The translations under genes were made by a program, and so were the position numbers. The notes below the pieces were generated by a model. That model made no database searches, was not told where the DNA came from, and saw only the letters and a program-made list of their open reading frames with translations. This document shows positions 17,333 through 25,052 of a DNA stretch of 30,470 bases, piece by piece; positions within the stretch are counted from its first letter, which is position 1, and every line of letters starts with the position of its first letter. Source of the stretch: Promethearchaeia archaeon (lineage in GTDB: Archaea; Asgardarchaeota; Lokiarchaeia; Sigyniarchaeales; SOKP01); assembly GCA_046497275.1 (NCBI GenBank), contig JAWOFX010000115.1, positions 1 through 30,470 of the forward strand, given 5' to 3'.

Positions 17333-18157
17333 TTATTCTCTACTGAAATCATAAATCGCTCCATATTCTTCTGCTTTTTCCTCTACAACTTCTAAAGCAT
17401 CAGATAAAATATTTTCAGCGTCCAGATAATCTTTCGAAATAATTTCTAATCGATAGAAGGGTGCAGCTATATAGGAAATCTCTAAATTTCTGGTATTCTT
17501 GGGATTTTCTAATACTTTTTCTGCTTCACTCAGCGTCTCTTTTATAAGATCCACACCGTTCGGATCATCAAATCTTAATTTAATTTTTCCAACAATATTC
17601 ACGGTGGAAATCTCCACATTCTCATTAACAATTCTTAAAAAGGTTTGCTTTATGTCTTCAGATATATCTGTAAGATTATCCAATATTTCTTTTCCGTTTT
17701 CTTTGAGTTCTTCAATCGCTTCTTGATAATTATCATTAAAATGTGCTAATATGGGAAATCCAATTTTTTCGTAGGCATCATCTAATGTCATATCATCATA
17801 TTCATTACATAAAAATTGGAGTAAATTCTCAAGTTTGACTGCATATTTCCATTCCTTCATTTTTGTTTTGCGTTGAGCGGCATTGGTGCGTCTAAGAGAA
17901 AGATCCACATGACCTTTTGAAGGATCCACTCTAGTTACTCTCAAAACCATCCTTTGTCCTTGTCTAACATGATTTCTAATATTTTTTACCCAACGACTAG
18001 AGATTTCTGAGATATGAATCATACCTTTAGCATGCTCTTCTGAGGGTAAACCTTCATAATCTAATAATTCCACATAGACATATTGATTTTGAATATTTTC
18101 AACTCGCCCTACCACAAAATCTCCTTCCTGTGGAAATCGGGTTCTTGATTTCGGCAT
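17333..18157 (-). CDS. eif2a: Translation initiation factor 2 subunit alpha
   Basis: FPQEGDFVVG, S1 domain GMIHISEISSRWVKNIR, VDPSKGHVDLSLRR, YIAAPFYR. Confidence 0.96.
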   Translation of the reverse strand: MPKSRTRFPQEGDFVVGRVENIQNQYVYVELLDYEGLPSEEHAKGMIHISEISSRWVKNIRNHVRQGQRMVLRVTRVDPSKGHVDLSLRRTNAAQRKTKMKEWKYAVKLENLLQFLCNEYDDMTLDDAYEKIGFPILAHFNDNYQEAIEELKENGKEILDNLTDISEDIKQTFLRIVNENVEISTVNIVGKIKLRFDDPNGVDLIKETLSEAEKVLENPKNTRNLEISYIAAPFYRLEIISKDYLDAENILSDALEVVEEKAEEYGAIYDFSRE

Positions 18158-18319
18158 TTTACTTTTTCTCCGTTATAGTTTAATTCTTTGATTTCCAATT
18201 AAATAATATTGTTATATAAAACGATCCTTAATTTTTTACTTTTATTCTTTAAATGCTATAATTTTTTTTCTATCATACTTATATAATAGTATTAAATCGA
18301 ATCAAAAACTCTCTTTAAA

Positions 18320-18760
18320 GTGATTTTTATACCTAACTGGTTTATTCATATTAAATGGGCACAGATGGCTGGAATCCCCCTCAAAATAGCCGAATTTGTG
18401 AATAGGAGCATTGATTATGGGTCGGATTGGGCAGTAGAACATGAAGATGAGGGGACTCAAGAAGGTGTATTTGAGAATAATATCCACCGTCAGTTAGTAT
18501 ATTTTTACAACAAAGATATTGATAAGAAAAACTTTGTAAAGGCATGTTATCTCCATCATCTTTTAGATTATTTTAAAGAAACCTATGTAAATATCAATAA
18601 TGAGGACTTAGTATTTCAGAAATTTCTTGAACATAAAGTAATCTCTAAAATCTCTTATAAAAATAAGCGAGAAATTAGTTTTGAAAAAGAAATCTCGGAA
18701 TTATTTCAGTTAATTAAAAATCAAAAAAAAACGTTGTATTCTGATTTAGAAATTATTTAA
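18320..18760 (+). CDS. Hypothetical protein, possibly a metal-binding helical hydrolase-like protein (N-terminal PNWxxH, HHLLD)
   Basis: 146-aa ORF with His-rich motifs. The start is uncertain (GTG 18320 or ATA 18329). Confidence 0.6.
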   Translation: MIFIPNWFIHIKWAQMAGIPLKIAEFVNRSIDYGSDWAVEHEDEGTQEGVFENNIHRQLVYFYNKDIDKKNFVKACYLHHLLDYFKETYVNINNEDLVFQKFLEHKVISKISYKNKREISFEKEISELFQLIKNQKKTLYSDLEII

Positions 18761-18985
18761 GATTAACAATAATCTTGCTTATATCTTTTTATGACTCATC
18801 CTTTAACTAATCTCTATTAGATTACAATAGACCTCAAATTATTATTATCGATAATTGTTAAATTAATCTTGTTTTTTCTTCTTGCAGACTCGTTAACATT
18901 TATTAATTTTCCGTAAAAAATTTAAATTCCACATCATTTAAATAGAATATCACATCTAAAGTGATTATCTAATCTGATAAAACTG

Positions 18986-18999
18986 AAATTGTTTTATTA
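18986..18999 (+). promoter_or_regulatory. Putative BRE/TATA promoter of tef1
   Basis: AAATTGTTTTATTA about 57 nt upstream of ATG 19056; resembles the rpoA1 and rps12 upstream motif. Confidence 0.3.
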
Positions 19000-19055
19000 G
19001 ATTGAAGATTATTATAATTAAATATTTAAAATAAATAAAACAAAGGTAATTAAAA

Positions 19056-20389
19056 ATGGCCGATAAAAAACCACATTTGAATCTAGTTATAATAGGGCAT
19101 ATTGACCATGGTATGCTATAACCGTTTCGGTTAATTAGCCCATAAAGTCAACCATGATGGGTGCCCTGTTAATTAAAACAGGTGCGGTAACAGACAGAGA
19201 AGCACGAGAATTAGAAAAAATTGCGAAAGAATTTGATAGAGATTCATGGTCATATGCATACGTATTTGATAAATTGAAAGAAGAACGACAGAGAGGAATT
19301 ACAATAGATCTTGCCTTTAGAAAATTCGAAACACCCAACAAATATTTCACAATCATTGATGCCCCTGGTCATCGAGACTTTGTCAAAAATATGATCACTG
19401 GTGCAAGTCAAGCTGATGCAGCAATCTTAGTAGTTTCCGGAAAGAAAGGAGAAATGGAAGTTGGTATCGCAGCTAATGGTCAAACCCGTGAGCACGCCTA
19501 TTTAGCACAGACCTTAGGCGTTAAACAATTGGTTGTGGCCATTAATAAGGCAGATGTCTGGGATTATGATGAAGATAGATATAAAGAATGTGTACAATCA
19601 GTATCAGCTCTTTTAACAAATATTGGTTTTCCTGTAAAAAAGATTCCGTTTGTACCTGTAAGTGGATTACTTGGGGAGAACCTTACTGAAAAAACCGATA
19701 AAATGCCTTGGTACGATGGTCCTAGTTTAATAGACGCAATTGATGAATTTCAATTACCAGAAAAACCGACTGGTAAACCCTTACGAGTACCTATTCAAGA
19801 TGCATATAGAATTAAAGGTACTGGTGTGGTTCCAGTGGGTAGGGTTGAAACTGGTGTATTAAAAAAAGGTGACCAAATTCTTATTCAACCAACCGGCTTT
19901 AAAGGTGAAATTCGAAGTATAGAGATGCATCATGAAGAAATTCCCGAAGCAGAACCGGGAGATAATATAGGATTTAGTATCCGAGGTCTTACATTAGAAG
20001 ATGTACACAGAGGAGATGTTTTAGGACGACCTGATAATCCACCAACCGTTATTACACCTAAGGGGAGTTTTACTGGACAAGTCATTGTAATTTGGCATCC
20101 TACTGCAGTTGCACAAGGTTATACTCCAGTTGTTCATGCTCATACCGCTCAAGTTGCAGCGAAATTCGTTGAGCTTAAAAAGAAACTTGACCAGAAGACG
20201 GGCGCTGTAATCGAAGATAACCCGAAGTTTATCAAGAAAAACGAAGCTGCTATTGTCACGTTAAGTCCTATCAAGAAATTGTGCATAGAGAAATATGAAG
20301 AGATTCCAGAGATGGGTCGATTCGCGGTACGCGACATGGGTAGAACCGTAGCTGTTGGTATAGTAAAAGATCTTGAAACTGGAGAGTAA
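19056..20389 (+). CDS. tuf: Translation elongation factor EF-1 alpha, two exons 19056-19113 + 19146-20389, 433 aa after splicing
   Basis: MADKKPHLNLVIIGHIDHG|KSTMMG P-loop, ERQRGITID, DAPGHRDFVKNMITGASQAD, NKAD, GRFAVRDMGRTVAVG. The ORF track misses exon 1 and starts at 19154. Confidence 0.97.
19114..19145 (+). other. 32-nt BHB-type intron in EF-1alpha
   Basis: Insert TGCTATAACCGTTTCGGTTAATTAGCCCATAA, with TAA at 19119-21 and a frameshift. Central helix ATGG(19108-11)/CCAT(19140-43), bulges TA^T and AA^A, inner hairpin, outer exon-exon helix. Removal gives GGT AAG TCA ACC (GKST). Confidence 0.92.
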
Positions 20390-20412
20390 TAGAATAATCT
20401 CTTAACTCAAAC

Positions 20413-20480
20413 CTTTTTTATAACTAATAATAATTTATTTTTTGCTTATTTTTTTTGCTTATATCTTCACTTTTCAATTT
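20413..20480 (+). terminator. Oligo-T tracts after tef1 (archaeal U-rich terminator)
   Basis: Several T6-T8 runs immediately downstream of the stop codon. Confidence 0.45.
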
Positions 20481-20592
20481 AATTTTTTTCGTGAATTGAT
20501 AAATATTATCAAATTTCAGAGAAATTCGCTCAAAAATTTAATATTATAAAATCAAAAAAATAAAAAAATTTTTAATTTGTTAATTTGACGTA

Positions 20593-20997
20593 TTATATCG
20601 AAAAAACTTTTGTTGATTTTGTTATTTCATCAATTAAATCTGATAATTCTAATTTTTCTAACCCTTCTGGAACATCAAATTTTGGTGGTTTTCCGCCTAA
20701 AAGTTTCCTCCATGCTTGACACGCATATAAGGGAACTCCAATATGATTAGCTTCTTCTATTAATTTAAAAGGGTCTGAAGGAACTCCCATCATAGCAGCA
20801 TTATCTTTTATGTCCTTTGAATATGGTTCCAAACCAGGAGAAAATCTAAATTCTTTTTCTATTAGTGCTGCCAATCCTTCTTGCATAAACACAACTGCGA
20901 CATCTTCACCTTTTTTTTTCAAATTCATTGCAATAACTAATGTGCTGAGATATGAATTAAATGTTCCATCCTTACATATTATCAAGATCTCTACCAT
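20593..20997 (-). CDS. DsrE/DsrF-like (DsrE2/peroxiredoxin-like) protein
   Basis: ILIICKDG..LVIAMNLKKKGEDVAVVFMQEGL..GVPLYACQ pattern. Confidence 0.75.
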   Translation of the reverse strand: MVEILIICKDGTFNSYLSTLVIAMNLKKKGEDVAVVFMQEGLAALIEKEFRFSPGLEPYSKDIKDNAAMMGVPSDPFKLIEEANHIGVPLYACQAWRKLLGGKPPKFDVPEGLEKLELSDLIDEITKSTKVFSI

Positions 20998-21210
20998 CTT
21001 TTCTCACCTTTGGAGATATATTTTATTTAAAATTTAGCTATATCTAAACCATATAGCCTCTAAATATTAAGTTAAGATTCTTTAAATATTAATGAAATCC
21101 CTTTTTTTTTATAAGTAGGGTTTTTTTTATCATTAGTTTTATATTATTTCTTTCAAGAACGTAAATTTCTTGGATATATTAAGATTGGGTTCTATTATAT
21201 CAAAATTATC

Positions 21211-21552
21211 TTATACAAATTCTTTAATTCTCTCTAAAGTTTTTTGATTTACGGTTATCTCTTTTTGAAAATGTTTCTGTATTCTTTTAATAAAACTTCT
21301 TCTTTCTTTTTCTGTTTCATAGTTGTTTAATAAATTTTTAACCCAAATTACATTCGCTTCCACTTCTTCGGGAATTTTTTCACTATCATGTCTAGCTGCA
21401 TGTTGAGGACATACTTTATGACACGTTCCACATCTAATACATATTATCATATCTATTTCAGCTTTTCCCTCAATCATCGAAATAGCATCTGCAGGGCATT
21501 CTTCAATACATATCTCACAACCATCACATTTTTCTTTATCTATCCAAGGCAT
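21211..21552 (-). CDS. 2x[4Fe-4S] ferredoxin-domain protein with helical C-terminal extension
   Basis: CDGCEICIEECP and CIRCGTCHKVCP. ATG 21552 (MPWIDKEK) is preferred over GTG 21564. Confidence 0.88.
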   Translation of the reverse strand: MPWIDKEKCDGCEICIEECPADAISMIEGKAEIDMIICIRCGTCHKVCPQHAARHDSEKIPEEVEANVIWVKNLLNNYETEKERRSFIKRIQKHFQKEITVNQKTLERIKEFV

Positions 21553-21877
21553 TAAATACACCAATTATATAATTTTTAATTTTTATCCGAATAATTTTAA
21601 GAATTAATATAAACAATCATTATGATTAATACTTTATTCTATAAACCAATATAAATAATTATTTAAAAATCTTTTGAGATTTAATAGTGAGAATGCTTTC
21701 ATAACTAAAATCTACATCCTTAGAAAGGAGAAAATAATGATTCATCTATAATTTTTTTAAATTTATAATTTTAAATTAAACTGATATAATCTGTATTATC
21801 CAAGTATTATTTTCTTTTATGATTAGAGCCTTCTTTGTATATTTTAAGATAATAATTTTCTAAGAAGGCTAGTAATA

Positions 21878-22351
21878 GTGGTTGAAAGAAAGAGTAAAAT
21901 ATGTATTGTTGGAGATGCGGGAGTGGGAAAGACATCTCTTGTCTCTTTATTGCAAGGACGAGATATTGTGAAGGAGAGAACTCCAACGGTGGGTTTGGAT
22001 ATTGAAGACTCGATATTAAGTGGAAAAAAATGTTCCATATGGGATCTAGGGGGCCAGGAAAGGTTCAGATTTATGTGGAATGATTTTCTGAAGAGCTCTG
22101 GATTAACCATATTAGTATGTGATTCAACAGAGAAAAATGTTGAGAGAACAAAAGAAATCTTGGAACGATTTTCTAATCACTTAGGTTCAAAAGTTATCGC
22201 GATAGCAAATAAGCAAGATTTGGAAAATTCACTCCATCCAGAAAATGTAGAAAAGATGCTCGGCGTGAGAACCTATGGAATGAGTGCGATACGAGCAGAT
22301 TTAAGAGAGAGAATGAGAAATATTTTAGAATATGAATTCTTAAATGAATAA
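21878..22351 (+). CDS. Small Ras-superfamily GTPase, Arf/Rab-like
   Basis: G1 GDAGVGKT, G2 PTVG, G3 WDLGGQERFR, G4 NKQD, G5 SA. Confidence 0.92.
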   Translation: MVERKSKICIVGDAGVGKTSLVSLLQGRDIVKERTPTVGLDIEDSILSGKKCSIWDLGGQERFRFMWNDFLKSSGLTILVCDSTEKNVERTKEILERFSNHLGSKVIAIANKQDLENSLHPENVEKMLGVRTYGMSAIRADLRERMRNILEYEFLNE

Positions 22352-22408
22352 ATCTCTTTTCTCAAAATTATGTGACTTTTTCTAAAATAAAAAATTGCCA
22401 CTAGCTAT

Positions 22409-22978
22409 TCACGTACTTCGAAAAGCTCTTCCAATTAAATGAGCGATCCTAACGGGTTCAGGAAGCTTAGAATCTATTGAAACTTTTTTTAGTAAATTCT
22501 CCGCATCATTAATTGATATGCCTATTTTATGAAAATATATGGCGGATTTACCTGCGGCAGTTTCGATTTCAGTCTCATAAAGATGACCTGCATTAATGAT
22601 TTTTTCAAATTTCTTAGGAGAAAGGAGGGGAAACTTTTTATTAAGCGCCCTTTTTACAGAATCCAGATCTACCTCTCGCTCCGTCACAGCAATCATCGGT
22701 TTATTTGTTTTCTCATAGATTTCCTTCATATCAACCAAATTAAACCCTCCAAAAGTAATAGTATGTGTTAATATATATTGAACATGTTTTTGATTTTTTA
22801 TTATGAGTGAAATTAACTGCTCAGTTGCATCATTCCCATCAATTTTTATTAATGTTTTAACTACTTTTACTACTCGAACTCCTTGACATACAACTCCAAT
22901 TAGAAATGTTTTATCTGTCCCTTTTTTAAGACTAAAAGTAGCATCATCGCAGCCCATAATTATTGGATTTTCTTTCAT
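22409..22978 (-). CDS. DUF99/UPF0215 family protein (endonuclease V-like fold)
   Basis: IMGCDDA, KIDGNDAT, ITFGGFNLVD, KLPEPVRIAHLIG. Confidence 0.85.
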   Translation of the reverse strand: MKENPIIMGCDDATFSLKKGTDKTFLIGVVCQGVRVVKVVKTLIKIDGNDATEQLISLIIKNQKHVQYILTHTITFGGFNLVDMKEIYEKTNKPMIAVTEREVDLDSVKRALNKKFPLLSPKKFEKIINAGHLYETEIETAAGKSAIYFHKIGISINDAENLLKKVSIDSKLPEPVRIAHLIGRAFRST

Positions 22979-22981
22979 AAA

Positions 22982-23434
22982 TTACAATTCCTTCTCTGGG
23001 AGATATTTTTTTATTTCTAATAATAGACGGGTGAATGCTTTCGCGGCATTATCCACTTCTCTTATACGATGACTAATATTTCCAGATAAATTGTTTAATA
23101 GAATTATAACTATCTCCTCAATTGAAATATCTCTTTTTAACCAAACATAAGCAATGACTGCTTCCACAGTATTCGCTAAATCATGACTGTCGGCTCTATT
23201 TTTTGCGAAAGACTTCATCTCAGCATCTTTTAGAGCTTTACTCAATATATTTTTACTAACTTTTTCTCCTGTTCTAATTATTTTCTTTCCAGATAATTTT
23301 TTACTCAAATAAATTGATTTTGCTAAAGAATAAGTAAAATTTACAATTCCATCTCCAATTTTAGCAAGTCCTTTATCTGTACCGATGGCTTTTTTTGTTT
23401 TTGGAATATTTTCCACTAAAAAACCAAATTCCAT
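22982..23434 (-). CDS. Archaeal ribonuclease III-like (mini-III type) protein
   Basis: DKGLAKIGDGIVNF and ANTVEAVIAYVWL match the RNase III signature halves. Confidence 0.8.
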   Translation of the reverse strand: MEFGFLVENIPKTKKAIGTDKGLAKIGDGIVNFTYSLAKSIYLSKKLSGKKIIRTGEKVSKNILSKALKDAEMKSFAKNRADSHDLANTVEAVIAYVWLKRDISIEEIVIILLNNLSGNISHRIREVDNAAKAFTRLLLEIKKYLPEKEL

Positions 23435-23489
23435 AATATAATAATGAGGAGTAATGAAAAATTAAAAAAATTTTCAGTAAGGTTTAAAA

Positions 23490-23981
23490 TTACATTAAAT
23501 CTTTAAACACTTTCTGAACAGAGACAACCTCATCTCTAAGAGAATCGATTCCATCTCTTAATGTCTTTTTTATTTTATATCCCTCTTTAAGTTTGAGAAA
23601 AATTTTTGGTGCTTCAATATCTGTTTTTTTGTAAGCTGCTAAATCGATTGCCTCCAGATTCAATAGATGTTTTACAAAAACATTAAGAAATCCATGAGAT
23701 TGTCCCTCAACAAATATTTCATAATTGTTTTTTCCGTTTCCCCTTTTAATCTGAAGATCAAGATATTTATATCGTGGTCCTTCCTCCTCTTCCTCCATTA
23801 CCCACTCTAAATCTTCTTGAAGTTCTTCATCTTCTTCAGTTAAGACTTCATCGGATACCTCACTTGATACTTCTCCTTTTGTTTCAAATTTCGGATAAAC
23901 GCTTTCTATTTCTTGACTTTCAAACTCCTCAATTTCTTCGAATTCTTCCTCATCAGAATCTTCCTTTTTTTTCTTTGCCAT
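23490..23981 (-). CDS. rpoL: RNA polymerase subunit L (Rpo11), divergent, with long acidic N-terminal extension
   Basis: C-terminal half EIFVEGQSHGFLNVFVKHLL..LAAY..PKIFLK resembles Rpo11; located downstream of csl4, as in other archaea. Confidence 0.72.
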   Translation of the reverse strand: MAKKKKEDSDEEEFEEIEEFESQEIESVYPKFETKGEVSSEVSDEVLTEEDEELQEDLEWVMEEEEEGPRYKYLDLQIKRGNGKNNYEIFVEGQSHGFLNVFVKHLLNLEAIDLAAYKKTDIEAPKIFLKLKEGYKIKKTLRDGIDSLRDEVVSVQKVFKDLM

Positions 23982-24064
23982 GAAAATAACTCCTATAAAT
24001 CTAGCTTATTATAAAAATACAGAATAAAATAAATTTTTTTTGGTTTTGAGATGAATAATTACCA

Positions 24065-24283
24065 TTATTCTAGATGTTTATCGGCTAATCTTTTCAATCT
24101 TTCCGTTGCCAGATGTTGTAGGTCTTGTGGTCCTGATAAGGATATTTCTATATCTCTACCTTCGACAGTGCAATTTATATTTATATAGTTTATTTTTTCT
24201 TGGACTTGTTCTAGAAACACTATAACATTCTCTAGCTTTCCTGAATTGTTATAAAATCTCATGGTTTTTTTTCCTCTTGCCAA
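24065..24283 (-). CDS. Small hypothetical protein between csl4 and rpoL (possibly DUF2067-related)
   Basis: TTG start with SD GGGTGAT. The DUF2067 guess rests on position only. Confidence 0.6.
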   Translation of the reverse strand: MARGKKTMRFYNNSGKLENVIVFLEQVQEKINYININCTVEGRDIEISLSGPQDLQHLATERLKRLADKHLE

Positions 24284-24336
24284 AACTAATCACCCACTAA
24301 AATAAAATGTTTAAAAATAAAATAAAATGGAATAAA

Positions 24337-24933
24337 TTAGTATCTAAACTCGTGGCTGACGTCTCTATAATCATTTGCCAGCTTACGAGACTCCATATTT
24401 CCACACATAGGACATCTCAGTTTATCAAAACTTGTTCTATCTAAGGGAGTTCCACATATACTACAATCACTATGAATTACACCTAAATCCTTTCCTGTTG
24501 TGCTCAAATTATATTCATTGCTCTTTTCTTCAATTACTTTCGCTCTAATTATATCAGTAACTTGAAAAGCATCATTTATCTTTTCAATATAGCGATTGGA
24601 TATTTGACTCACATGAATATTTCCAAAATAATAGGAATTGAAATGTAATTTATTATTAATAGTATAGAAATTAAGTCCAACAGAATATTTTCTTAAAAAA
24701 AGTATAGACCCAATTACTATATCACCAACTTTCACGACCTTACGGTCTTTTTCGTTATGTGTCTTTATATCAATTTTTCTCTGATCTATATCTACATTAA
24801 GAAGTCCACTTTTAGTGGCGAAAATCTTTCCCTCTTTTGTATATGTAGAATCTTTATCAGGTAAAAATTCTTCAACGACTCCCAAATATTCTCCAGTTAG
24901 CACGATGTCCTTGTCTTTCAATGATTTTGTCAT
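24337..24933 (-). CDS. csl4: Exosome complex component Csl4
   Basis: VLTGEYLGVVEEFLP, S1 domain GNIHVSQIS..DIIRAKV, C-terminal Zn ribbon CSICG..CPMCGNMESRK. Confidence 0.93.
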   Translation of the reverse strand: MTKSLKDKDIVLTGEYLGVVEEFLPDKDSTYTKEGKIFATKSGLLNVDIDQRKIDIKTHNEKDRKVVKVGDIVIGSILFLRKYSVGLNFYTINNKLHFNSYYFGNIHVSQISNRYIEKINDAFQVTDIIRAKVIEEKSNEYNLSTTGKDLGVIHSDCSICGTPLDRTSFDKLRCPMCGNMESRKLANDYRDVSHEFRY

Positions 24934-25052
24934 ACAACTCAACACTTTGTCTAAATTTTCTAATATTCGTTCTCTTCATATATTTAAAATTTATTAGATA
25001 AATTAAATTTATTGATAATGGTTAATAAGATCCGATAAAATATAGAGAGGAC

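Noticed and set aside
18961-18986. Box C/D-like motifs (GTGATTA ... CTGA ... CTGA) upstream of tef1
   Set aside because: The C box is imperfect, the spacing is too short for a guide sRNA, and such motifs arise by chance in AT-rich DNA.
19154-20389. 411-aa EF-1alpha starting at MMGALL
   Set aside because: It lacks the G1 P-loop. The true N-terminus (MADKKPHLNLVIIGHIDHG) lies upstream in another frame.
20434-20464. Short tandem repeat TTTTTTGCTTAT x2 after tef1
   Set aside because: Only two low-complexity copies, consistent with terminator sequence; not a CRISPR or mobile repeat.
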